The notes under the pieces are model-generated. The model was not told where the DNA came from, did no database searches, and saw nothing but the letters and a program-made list of their open reading frames with translations. The translations under genes were made by a program, and so were the position numbers. A stretch of 64,000 nucleotides of DNA from Botryllus schlosseri. Lineage: Eukaryota. The DNA is taken from positions 11,720,001 through 11,784,000 of the forward strand of contig CM119371.1 in assembly GCA_051294905.1 (NCBI GenBank). The letters are read 5' to 3'. Each line of letters opens with the position of its first letter. Within the stretch, counting starts at the first letter, position 1. Shown here piece after piece: positions 37,415-49,635 of the stretch.

Positions 37415-40400
37415 TGTCACGGTGGATATTATTTTCTTTATGGCTCACTCGCCACTTATACTGCTTCGGAGCGCACGTGTGTTCATTTACGTGAGCGACG
37501 TGGTGAGAGTAGCCAGCTTTGTTTTGCTGTTGTTGATCTGTTCATTTATTGTTTTATTTACTGGAGTATTTGGTCTTACCAGGATATTACCAGCAATTTT
37601 TCAACGGTATTTTAATAAGATATTCGTCCATTTGGAGTTCTTGTTTCGTACCAGTTGGGGAGGAGATCCAGAGTCAGCCTGCTCCAATCACATTCTTCAT
37701 AAGTCTCTACTTGGAGACGACAAAGGTTGAAAAATTGAGTGTATTCCATTAACTTCGTTATGGATCCTCCATCTACAGTAAAAGACTTCGATGCGCGAGT
37801 CAATCTTATTACTTTTGGTCCAAGAAGAGACCCTAATGCCTATAAGGCGATTACTGTCAAAGGCTTCGATATGCAAGTCACTGACAATATTTTGGCCGGT
37901 CTAGCAAGGGACTTCCACGCTGCCGATGCCTATTTTACTAAATGTTTGAGTGGAGCTACTCCCCGAACTGTTCTGGCTGCAAAAGACAGTCTTGACGAGA
38001 CATTCCATCGAGTCAATACCCAGTTGAACAATCTTACTACCGGTATCAAAGACAAGATAACCGAGGGCAGTGTCGATGCCGAATCAATATTGGAAAGAAT
38101 TTTGTCATTTCATGACCTGTGTCTATATGCAAAGAATATTGCTGATGGCACATTCCGTAAACTTATTACTGCTGAAAGTGTAAGTATGTCACTTCACAAC
38201 TTTACAGACATTGTGGACGCATGAAGAAGACAATTTGAAAAGGTTGGAATGGGAACTTTTCAGTGCTCAGTCAAAATTTGAACGGTATAAAGCAATTGTT
38301 TCGTCACAATTTGGATCATTAGCTTCTGTAACCAGTCATAAAGGTTGCTGCGGCTTGGATAGTAATGACACCCACAACAAAGGACTGCCAGTTGGCAACG
38401 CTATTAATGATAAACCACTCACAGAAGACTTTCTCGATGCTGAGGCCATTACCACTCAATGTCAAACTTTCGCGACTTGCCCTACTCCACCTGTTGTAGG
38501 ATGTTCGTTGTCAGAGAAGATATCCAATTACAGATTCTCAGCCCCACGTAATGGGTCGGCTGTGAAACCAGTTATTTCATCCGACTACCTATTCTCTGTC
38601 CCCTGTAATGGGCCGGCTGTGCAACCAGATTTGATATTCAGTTGCCGTTACTCAGAAGCCTATAATGGGCCGGCTGCGCAACCTAAAATATCCTCTAATT
38701 GTCAATACTCAGCCACCCGTAGTGCGGCGGCTGATGCGACCAACTTTATTCAAGGCTTTCACACTTGTGAAATGTTCATTGATAGTTCTACGCACCCCGC
38801 AACAGATAACACTCACAATTGTGAGCTGCTGCAGTCTGCTCAACATCCTGTTATTCCATCTTCATCTCCTGTAAGTCAACAGGATGAAGCCAATGTTGAT
38901 CCAAATTCCGACGATTTCGTTGAATTTGTCGAAAAGGAAATAGCATTGACTCGGTCACCATTTGGTCCGGTCAACAATGAATTTGATTGTTCACTTGAAC
39001 CCGAAGACATCGATCCAAACATACCTCACAAGATGTAGCCTACTCGAAGAATCCGCGCAAAACTGCAATAGAGGTGAATTCTACATCTATGGATTCCGGC
39101 TCGATGCGTCGATGTACCTCTGAAAAGGAGCTACGTTCATCATGTATCCTGTGTCAAGATCTTCATCTTCTCTTCAACTTTGAAGAAATCCAAAAGATGC
39201 AAGTTCGGCAACGTCATGGACTCGTAGAAGAGAGTCTGGTGCGCCGTAATCGTTCATTCTGTGATCATGATCACAATTATTACCCATCCACATGTCATTG
39301 CAAAATACATGGATGTGGCTGTGCTCAAAGCACTTTATTACATGACGCATATAATTGTTCATTACATCCTAAATTGATTGTTGTTGCCAGTAACAACACA
39401 GTTATGGCTCTATCTCCTGCAATTGCCGAGATAAGTTTTCAGGTACATCTGTCTACACCTTTGGTGATACTCACCTGTCTGGTAGCTTCTACCAGTTTGA
39501 TCGCACGTGCATTCCTTATTTCTGGGGCTACCAACTGCCTGTGTACTTTCTTATTCCTAAACCAATTGGTTATCAGTGGTGAACCGCTGACTTATTTAAT
39601 AAATACCGCTGCCATCCTTCTCCGCCAGCCTAAATTTGTGCCCATATCAGTTGAAGGAATCGGGTAAAGCACAGGCATCAACTTGCATGATGTATTAGCT
39701 ACTGGTCACTTTCCTGTTATTGAAAATCTACCCCCAAGCGCAGTCATTGTTGCACAATGCGCATGCACAATGATACCTGAAGGGCGTGTCCATCTGTACA
39801 ATGTCCACCCAATTATTGATGTAAATGATTTTTACTGTATTATTGGTAACAAGTTCTTATGCGTTACTTGGATTACGAAGTCAGCAGTTACTTCATGACA
39901 ACTTGGCCATTCTTTTATGGGTTGTGACAAAACCCTTCGAACTAATTAGGTGTATTCCACTGAGGTTAATTTCCTTGATTGCAATAACAAGACTTCTGTT
40001 ATTGTTGAGAATGTCATGAGACACTATTTTTTCTGCATTTAATGCCAATTTTACTAATCCTAATTTTCAATTCACTTCTAATTCATCGCTCATTGGGGTA
40101 TTATGTCGATTTTGAATACTTGAATGTCCATGGGCAGCAGATCTGACTTCAGATGACTTCTCACACCTGACACTTGTGCTCCTGATATAGCACAATTTTG
40201 TGTTCGCAAAATAATTGCCTGCGACGTACTTACGTCGATAAGGCAACCCTTTATTGTATCCTAATCATGCTTCCTGACTGTAATGGCTTGGTCAGGAGAG
40301 TGAGGTTTTGTACTGTAAGTAGAACCTACGAACATCATATTCGTAAGTTCATATTCGTACAACCACCCTGTGTATTTTTACATTTTGTTAACATTCATTA

Positions 40401-40779
40401 CCACCGCTCATCAGTTATTGTGACTCTATGTATTTGCTTTGGCAGTTCACAGTTCGTCACAGGGCCGGCTATGTCACGGTGGATATTATTTTCTTTATGG
40501 CTCACTCGCCACTTATACTGCTTCGGAGCGCACGTGTGTTCATTTACGTGAGCGACGTGGTGAGAGTAGCCAGCTTTGTTTTGCTGTTGTTGATCTGTTC
40601 ATTTATTGTTTTATTTACTGGAGTATTTGGTCTTACCAGGATATTACCAGCAATTTTTCAACGGTATTTTAATAAGATATTCGTCCATTTGGAATTCTTG
40701 TTTCGTACCAGTTGGGGAGGAGATCCAGAGTCAGCCTGCTCCAATCACATTCTTCATAAGTCTCTACTTGGAGACGACA
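37415..40779 (+). mobile_element. Internally deleted BEL/Pao LTR retrotransposon (LTRs 37415-37722 and 40472-40779)
   Basis: 308-bp TG...CA direct repeats with one mismatch noticed, and a 5-bp TSD GTGCT. Internal remnants: Gag zinc knuckles (CILCQDLH...CKIHGCGCAQSTLLH), a protease-like segment (ARAFLISGATN) and a post-integrase motif (PDCNGLVRRVRFCTVSRTYEHHIRKF). No RT or RNase H recognised. Confidence 0.9.
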
Positions 40780-40859
40780 GTGCTTTTATAATATGCTCGC
40801 GGTCTTATTTGTTCAGCGTCACAACTTATGAAGCGGGTACAGCCAACAATATAACTTAC

Positions 40860-42072
40860 CCAGCTCACTATCAGAAAGAATATATACATACACGGTGTAT
40901 TTGGTCATTCTAGAATTATGTTGAAGTATGTCTGGATATCTCAGGTGCCGTAGCATATTCCCGAGCTGAATCCCAAAGTGCTGTGCATCTCTCGAGATGC
41001 GATAAACATGACCATTGACCATGTAAACTCGATCATTTTGGCAAGCCGTCTCATGACGTCACTCCAAGACGACTTGACTCCAAGACGACTTGACCATGTA
41101 AATGGTCTTAATGTGGTAGAGCGGGGCTTCATTCTTGAACCTGATTAATGCTTGGTTCACGATTGTCACGGTATAGGCAAATGTGTGTGTGTGTGTGTGT
41201 GTGGGGGGGGGGGGGGTTCTGGTTGGTTCAACAGAAGTTACCTATTCAGAAAAGATAATACTGCTCTGTTCCATCCTAAAAATTGGCATCAAGCTCAAGT
41301 CATTTTTACCATTTCAAAAGAGTCATTGAAGAAGTGGCTATTGAAATTACCGAATCATTTCTATCTCCTTACAGTGAGACGGTGTCGTGCGTAGTAGCTG
41401 GGTAAATTGTAAAGCAAGTTCATGGTATTCCGACTTACTCGATCGTGGGGGCCTGCTTACTCCCTCAGTACCACTTGCCGAGTTTTTTTCATCCAGTTTT
41501 TAATCCTAAATTGTTCTGATAAAATCGTCTGTCCTCATCCTAAGTCACAGTGAATAGGTTTTGCATCACGGTTTTTTATTTGGGGGGGGGGGAGCGGCTT
41601 TGCATTTTGCATGTTATGATCATCGAGATCAAACTTTGAAATTGGCGACAAAATCATTGTGAATGTATATTACAATAACAAGCAGAAGCTAGTTAATACC
41701 TCTGTGAGAAAAATGCTTTAATAACGGACAATAAAACAACAAAAGTTGAGAAAGACGTAACTTGCATTCTTCGGTGATGCATTTCATTTTCATTACCGGT
41801 ACTTATGGCCGTAGCTTGTATGCTGCAAGTTTGTTTTTGATACAAGTTGGTTATTGCAAGTAGTTTTCAATATGACATGTGTACCGATTCTTCTTCACGT
41901 GCTTGAATTGATTTTACCATGCAATAAAATGGTTTACATGAGCATGTCAGTGTTTTCTCACCACTTAGCCTACTACTGAATCGGTGGATAACTGCATCTA
42001 CGAGGCTGTCTCTTGCCACTTTCTCATGGTACGGTACTGATTTGACCTGTTGTACGAATACATGCAGCTTAT
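40860..42072 (-). CDS. Candidate internal exons of the NLR gene (42072-41962, 41275-41242, 41140-40860)
   Basis: GT-AG boundaries with compatible phases (1-1, 1-2, 2-1) give NKLHVFVQQVK...RLSG-WNRAVLSFLNR-FKNEAPLYHIKTIYMV... The last exon carries an in-frame stop inside a 75-nt insertion. Confidence 0.45.
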
Positions 42073-42574
42073 CTGAAGCGATGCGTCCGGTAGCGAGAAG
42101 TGAAATCGCGCATAATCGCGAATTTCTGTTTTGTGAGCATAGGCCTGTTAGCTCTTGCAAGCATAGTACCAGATAAGGCCGTGAATATCGTAGGCTCCGG
42201 GTAGGGATTTGCTCACATTAAAAAACAGTGTTCCACAAATTGCCTAATTAAATATGACCTAATTTTGATTGGCGACAGAATCGACAATTTAGGACGTAGA
42301 GGTTGTGAAAATCATTTCTCTACAACTGATCCATCACATCTCAAGCATAATATAACATTTGACGAGGAATCTAGTTTACGAAATTGCGATAACATCATGT
42401 TGTCATTGTGCCGTTAGAAAATAAGATGGTGTCAGAGTCCATTGTTGTTTGTGCTCGGTGTGATATTCGTTCGGACAATTTCAAAAATGGGATATTGTGT
42501 TGTTTCCTCTACTCGTATTATGGGTGTCATTCAATACTGGTTATGCGTACTATGAAAAAACAGCATGGACTTAC

Positions 42575-42871
42575 TTTGGTCCGCAGGATTTGCTGGGCTT
42601 TCAGCATTCATATAGTACTTGTTGATAACCTTGTTACCATGAATCTCATCTCCTGCCACAACCTTAACCTCGCTATTGATGAAATTTTGATATATGTTTT
42701 CACCATCTGCCAGCGTCGCAAATCCTGAGATACACAAGGATAACACCAGTATCAGGTTAAACAACAGTAAATATTATTATACCTGGATATGATCGATAAA
42801 AGGGTTAGCAACTATGATTTACTGACCGCTTGCCCCGGGCGATGATGATGATGATGATCGTGGCGGCATGT
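42575..42871 (-). CDS. NLR upstream module 2: 45-nt Ser/Pro exon (42871-42827) plus 150-nt RHIM-like exon (42724-42575)
   Basis: Both exons are phase 1-1 with GT-AG sites. They encode DMPPRSSSSSSPGAS and GFATLADGENIYQNFINSEVKVVAGDEIHGNKVINKYYMNAESPANPADQ. Confidence 0.7.
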
Positions 42872-43732
42872 CTGCGACATTATAATTTTGGTCTTCACTC
42901 CTTTCCGCCCTGAGAACTATCCAGGGATATTAATAAGCTACTGTGTGATAAAAATATTGACATGCAAGGACAATAATTACGATACTTTATGAATTTCGTC
43001 ATCACAACACGTCGAGACTAAAAATTGTTTTATTATGAGAGCCAGGGTAGGGAGAAATCATAAAGATGCGAATCACAAGTCAATTTGAATTTTATAGTTA
43101 GACCTACTACTCCAGTCAATTCGCTTCATTTTCAATTCACCGACGAACCAGCAAGCCCGAGTCCAATAAGGGAGCAACGGTTCCATTGCCAGTCGTAGTG
43201 TCCATACTCGATCGATCAATCTATGTGTGGTGTAACGTTAGAGTATCACATAAACTTACAATCAGTGAATAACTATAAAGTTGCTCTCACAAGTGACACC
43301 GGCGAATCGCGAACAATTTTAGCATACAATGATAGGGTGATTTCATCGACACCGTTTACTTAATGACTTGAAATTAATACGTGAATTTGGCTCCGAGTCA
43401 CGAGTCAATCCACATTTCTGATGCGCCGAGTCAAGTCAACTCAAGTAATACGAGAAAGTTGACTCAAGTCATCTCCACACTGTTACGGACCTCATGAAAC
43501 CTTGGCGAAAACACGCTAACGTGATCTCATAACGAATAGGATTAGGGTTGGATTGACGTAACTGTTGAATTATGTTTTTTTTTATCACAATGTTCCATGC
43601 CGTAACGCCCCGCTGACGTGCCCCTATTAAACTGTCACTCCTCATAATGCGGGATGCTCAAGTATCGTGTGATCAAGCAGACCATTTTCTCCAATTGAGA
43701 CACCATATTCAATGAGAGAACATTGCACTCAC

Positions 43733-44138
43733 CTTGGTCAGTGGGAGTTGCTTCTCCTTCAGCACCGGTAATGTTAAATACGATCTTGTTTGCATTTATT
43801 TGATCTCCGGTCACGACGTTAACAGTGCTATTTGCGAACTCTAGATTGACATTTTCCCCTTCAGCCAAAATTGCGGATCCTAATAGACAAGCGATTATTG
43901 TAATGTGATTGAGGATCCATACATATTCATATCATAATATAATATGGATTCCATTATTTTCTTTGAATCCGTTCGGCATCTTATTCACACAACGAGTGGA
44001 ATGCGCTGCCTTTGAGACACTCTACGTACGTTTAGTATGGGTTATATCAATAACAATTTCAAGTTATCTGAGATCAAATATAATACAGGCATTACATACC
44101 GCTTGTCCAGGGTGATAATGATGTAGAGATGGCATTAG
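43733..44138 (-). CDS. NLR upstream module 1: 39-nt exon (44138-44100) plus 147-nt RHIM-like exon (43879-43733)
   Basis: Both exons are phase 1-1. They encode xNAISTSLSPWTS and GSAILAEGENVNLEFANSTVNVVTGDQINANKIVFNITGAEGEATPTDQ, clearly paralogous to module 2. Confidence 0.7.
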
Positions 44139-44563
44139 CTACACCAGAATTTTGATCTTGACACCCTTCTGTCATTGTATTGATAACGTGGTACTAATTC
44201 GCTAGCGCATATACCAATACTGAAAATACATACGTCCATTTCATTCTATGACAAATATTTTCTGTACAACAGGTCTAGACTGTCAATCTGGAGCTCTGAG
44301 ATATATAAGGTAAATCTGATCATATTCGAGTTATATTTGGGAAATATGACCCGTCAACAGTCAAATATATCCACAACTTAGTAATACTCTATAATCAGTA
44401 TGCCTTTTAACCTTTTTGAGCACCATTCGCACCAGCCAGCCGGAAACAATTTCACTAAAAGAAAGTAAAAAACTTATTACTTTTGTATTCGGAGAGCTTC
44501 GTGGGGGTAGAGAGCTTCCTTTTTTTACATTCAGCGTATTGTATTATTGATTAACAAGCTTAA

Positions 44564-45384
44564 CCCTTACGAGGTGGCGCCATATTTTGCAGGATTGACC
44601 TTCACTTTTCAAATTATCACCGTGAAAGGGGGCGGAGTATAGCCCTCTACCGATTCCACCACTTATCGACACCCCTAGGGTTTTTCAATAAGTTTAAATA
44701 AACAGACTTTTTTTCCAAGAAAATCTTTCTCTTTCTCAATTTTCAAGGCTGACCCTCAGGATGGCGTCAAAAAGAGAAATATGATGCTCCAGTGCGTAGC
44801 CACTGTTGCCTAGTTTAAAAGAAGCCATCAACCATGGTTGTGAACCGCGTAGTTCGTCAGATATCGAAAATGGAAAATTCATATCAAATTTACAAATGGG
44901 CGTGGTCAGTGAGTGACCATCAACGTCAAGTTCATGATAAAGACTCAATCGGCCCCTGCCGTCTAGTTTATGAAATAAAATAACGCGATATGCTTTCTTT
45001 TGTCATGTACAACCATTTACAGGCAGAGTAAACCAGTTTATGCGTGGCAGGGCCAAAATTAACAAATCCCCCTCAGAAAACTCCCCAGAACACGTTTTCA
45101 TGTTTGAAACGATGAATATTTGCACAGGATAATGTACATGTCGACTTCTGATGTTCTGGCAGATTTTCCGACAATGGAAATTTTAGGTGATAACCATTTT
45201 TCCTTTGCTAAATTATTTTTTATACTATTTTTGCAAACCAAAATATTTGAGTAAGGTACCAAATGCATCTAAAAAGTATCAGCTTTTCAAAAAACGTTGT
45301 TCCCGATGTCTAGGGCGTGTCAACATCGAGAAACCGGTGTCGAAGACATGCCATATCATATATGATACACCCACCTCGTAAGGG
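44564..45384. mobile_element. piggyBac-like non-autonomous element
   Basis: TTAA|CCCTTACGAGGTGG...CCACCTCGTAAGGG|TTGA: 14-bp TIR starting CCC, with one mismatch in the right TTAA. Confidence 0.7.
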
Positions 45385-46801
45385 TTGAGGGCGAACCCAA
45401 GAACAATATTCACTCGCAATAATATCACTTTTCCACTAAATAAAATGTTACGTCATCGCAATGTGAATGTGCTCGCATTTAGAACGCACAAAAGAGTGAA
45501 ACTGTTTTGAATCGTAATATCAATGTTGCAACTTTAGCACCTTTGGTTCATTTTCCGACAACGTTCGAAAAGATGCCGATTGAATGGTACCGGTACGTTG
45601 GGCGTTTAAAGCAAGAATGCATTGCTATATAAGCCCTCACAATCCGACTAATTGATGACGGTCATTTTTGTACAGGCTTGGGCTTCAACACTTTTTATCT
45701 ATACAAAACACAAATCAACATATTTTTCAAGAACAACGTGCGATATCCTTGTGATTGTCAACGCCAACGAGTACACCTTCTTTGCACACTTATTACTCAA
45801 GATTCACGATTAATACACAGTTATATCGGTAAAGGGTTGTCAACTGCGGGATGGCTCTTGGCAATCGTACAATTTTGGCAAACTACTGAAATAATGCCAA
45901 ATAATCTTTAATATCACAAATACCCTTATACTTGAAGTTAAATAAGTTTCAAGAGTCTAATTAAGCATTAATTAGACTGCAGAAGGAATATAGTAAGGCA
46001 TACGCCTTAGTGGATTTGATTTTGCTCTGCACAGGGTACTCGATTTAAATCGGTAGAGTTCACAGTATTACAAAGTTTGTAGTACGAACAAACGCGGTAC
46101 AAATACTAACTATGCCATTTTTTCGTATGGATCAGCAAGCAAGTTTAATGACATCACCAATTATTCATATGTACGCCCATGCCTTTAGGATCTTGACTAT
46201 AGGCCTGATGTGATCAGTGTAAGAACAGGAGAGCGTGTCTAAGCCTAAATGGCGTAGTTCGCATTGCAAACAGGCTATTACAATGGTCAGTAGATAAAGT
46301 GCCGAGTGACTTAATAATTCGATTTAATGCATGATAAAGATTCATCGGACGTAAGACACAAATGCGCTTACTCTAATTTCCTTTTTAACAGCATCTAATA
46401 TTTGGTTAGGTCCGCGAGTAAACAACACTTGCTACAGATATTATGTGCTAATCGTTATGGTCGAAGAAAGTCGAAAGTGCGAACGTGATAAATGCAAAAA
46501 TGTCGTACCAACCAATATGAATATGTACTAAAATTCCTATATGCCAAATGTCAACCATTGGCGTAGCAGCCACTTGACGACTCTGGCTGTGCGCCAGGGG
46601 CCGCTGGCTGCCAGGGGCGGCAAAATGAGGGTGCACCATGCATGATAATTGGCAATCAGCTCAATCGATTCCTTCTGCAGAAAGAGAAACGTAAAGAATG
46701 GCATTAGTACACCGCAAATATTTATTGACTTCACAAGTACAAACTTCGCCATACTTATACTGTTGGTTTAATAAATGATCGGATATATCTAATATCTAGA
46801 C

Positions 46802-46971
46802 CAGTGGTTCCCAACGTGGGCGATATCGCCCCCCAGGGGGCGATTTGGCGATCTAGGGGGGCGAAAATGACGAAGGGGGCGATAGGGGGGCGAAAATGGA
46901 CAAAGGGGGCGACGGGGGGCGAAAATAGCGAAGGGGGCGATAGGGGGGCGATGACGCGTCAAAACGGCTGA

Positions 46972-47006
<35 letters not shown>

Positions 47007-47184
47007 TCATCCACCTAGCAATTCCGAGAGAAAAAACGTTATTTGCAGCTCTTTTTTTTTTTAGTCAACCCGCCGGTGATTACAGTCTGTATGCCCAATT
47101 ATCGGTGCACAAAATTTTGGGGGGCGATGATTGGTGTTGACCTTGAAAAGGGGGCGATGGGTCGAAAAAGGTTGGGAACCACTG
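46802..47184. mobile_element. hAT MITE with GGGGCGA subrepeats and a poly-T tract
   Basis: CAGTGGTTCCCAAC...GTTGGGAACCACTG, with 8-bp TSD ATCTAGAC. Confidence 0.9.
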
Positions 47185-48256
47185 ATCTAGACGTATTGTA
47201 CCACGAGTTTCAAGTCCCCGCTAGTTATTTTTGAGTTTGCGCAAATCCAGCATATAGAAGAAACTTATTTTGCATCCAAGAAAGCTTGCCAAATTCAAAC
47301 TACAGCAGTCGCACTCAACTTCATTTGAGCAAATTTTTTATATTCTTTGAAGATTCAGAGCAATTCCCACGTGTAAGTCATTTATTACGTCATAGATTTG
47401 GCAGTATCGTGAAGCTCAGTGCGCTTGGTAGCTGTTGGTAATAGCTGGCGAACTGCACTGCTTAAGACAGACTTAGATGCGATATAGGTTGCTATGCCCC
47501 GGAATGCGGCCTTAGGCTACCTAAATAATTGAAATGTGATGTGACCGTGATTAGCAAAAAGATTGCCTATCTCTGTATTAGATGGTGTGTTCTTTTTGAC
47601 GTGACGATAAGTGCAGGGGGCGCAAACTTTTAGGCTATCGCCGAGGGTTTGCGCATGTCCAAAAAGGTTGAGAACCGCTGCATTAGATAAAGTAGGTCAT
47701 GAATCTCTGCTATATCATTAAAAGGCGGAGCCGTCATCACACAATGTACCAGTACCGGTACTTCAAAAATTGTTATATTTTTGTCAGCCTATTTGTATTA
47801 GTAGTTATTGTAATGTCATGTCTAGGTTGCAAACTTTGCTTAATATAGCGACTTGCGCATGAGTTCTTTTTAGTGGAACTGCAAGATACTAGTCACACAG
47901 AAGGAATAAGACGAGAAAAAGGAACAATTGGAAGTTTATTCGGCGGTGGAATTAATTCACCTTTTCGTGGGACCACTTGTGCTATATTTGCATTCCTTCT
48001 AAAGAAGAATTAGAGTTCCAGCAGCAATACTTTTTCATAGTGAATCATGAATAAATATACAGTTGTCCCAATGTCGTTCTAAGAGCGGTATTTCGGCATT
48101 GCGTTGCTGTGGGATAGGTATGGATGTACGTGAATTTAGAAGCTGGCATGTAATCTAATTTACAAAGGACAGCGTGTAGGGTTGTAGGTACTAGGTATAG
48201 GCGGTAAAATTACAGTCTCGCTCGTAAATGTACAGGAGAGAATGTAGACTGAATAT

Positions 48257-49205
48257 TAGGGATGGTGTGAACCTCTGAAAGGTTCAGGCTCGTGTGAACG
48301 TGAACCTTTTTGAAAGGTTCTGTGTGAACACGAACGTGAACCTCATGACGTCACGTCACGTCATATTGCTAATTTCAACCCCATATTTCAATTAGGTGAT
48401 TGCCTATATTAATCTACTGTACACGATACCGAGCGACGACTCGGGGCCACATAATAGCTCAGTACTTAAGTACATATTGACGTTTGAAACGTCGCCAAAT
48501 GTATCAACTGGGGCAATCAAATGATATAATAATCCCATAAAATCAGTATCTTGCGTCGCTTTGCCAACAATATCGACCTGATCGGACAATGTATTCGGCG
48601 GCTGAGTATTGCCACAGGGATATCGAGCAGAGTGTAAAATCGGTTTTATATACTTATTACCGATTAACAAGTTATACAGCAGTATAGCCAACACCCCAGT
48701 CGCACGGATTTGGTTTTTATGATACAGTATACATATGTAGTCCAGATTGACCCCGTGCGCCTGCTAAATTTTTACATCAGTAGACGATATCAATCTCATG
48801 GATTGGTTGGATAAGGATCAGTCGGTGACAAAATACAGTGTATCTCGCTCTTGATGTCATGTGATTGCGGGTCAAGCTCACAGCACAGTGACACTAAATA
48901 TGCACAAGCGGAAAGGTGGATATTTTGAGCAAACTTTTGTAACAATACAAGTAAATTTTTGAGATTGTCAAGGGCATGCTCGTTTAGTGTTGAATGTTTA
49001 TGCTGCCAGGTCCATGCATAGAGTGGCCCGCAGTTGAAAGTCAATAAATTTGAATCAAAGATGTTATAATAAAATGAAAATTGCAATATATGAAAAAGGT
49101 TCACAGTGCAGAACCTACCAAGGTTCTGTTGTGAACGCGAACCTCAAATTTTCCGAGGTTCACACACAGAACGCGAACGTGAACCTCACGTTCACACCAT
49201 CCCTA
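48257..49205. mobile_element. hAT non-autonomous element with GTGAAC subterminal repeats
   Basis: TAGGGATGGTGTGAAC...GTTCACACCATCCCTA, with 8-bp TSD CTGAATAT. Confidence 0.9.
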
Positions 49206-49309
49206 CTGAATATACCAGAGGTGTCTGTAATAATACAGTCTGGCTTGAAAAGCTAGATTACCGGACGGGTTTAAGTTGAATTTACATTGAGTGACTGTAA
49301 TGTTATATT

Positions 49310-49635
49310 ACTGCCAAGTGGCTTGTAAGCTAGAGGCTTCAGAAGGTTTGAGACTTGCCAATAAGTTGAAGAAGTCTCATGTTGAATGGCAGCAACAAAA
49401 GATGAAAGTAAATTTGGCTGCTCAAACAATCAGCAGCAGTGTTGCAGATGCAATAGAATACTGTGACAAGAACCTAAGAATGAGATGCTTTCGGGGTAGT
49501 GCTGCTACTGTCAAGTTTTTGCGGAGTTTTGATCGCCTTTTTGATATCCTTAATTCGAGAAACCCGTTCGCAAAAGGATATAAATCGCCTTTAAAGGAGT
49601 CAAACCAGCATTTGTGGCGTCCATTTATGACATAG
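49310..49635 (+). pseudogene. P-element/THAP9-family transposase fragment
   Basis: EGLRLANKLKKSHVEWQQQKMKVNLAAQTISSSVADAIEYC...FDRLFDILNSRNPFAKGYKSPL is a characteristic THAP9/P transposase segment. Confidence 0.9.

Noticed and set aside
37340..37752. Hydrophobic membrane-protein-like ORFs repeated at 40428-40913
   Set aside because: They are translations of the T-rich LTR sequence.
46789..47010. Poly-Lys/Pro-Arg ORF
   Set aside because: It derives from the poly-T tract and GGGGCGA repeats of a MITE.
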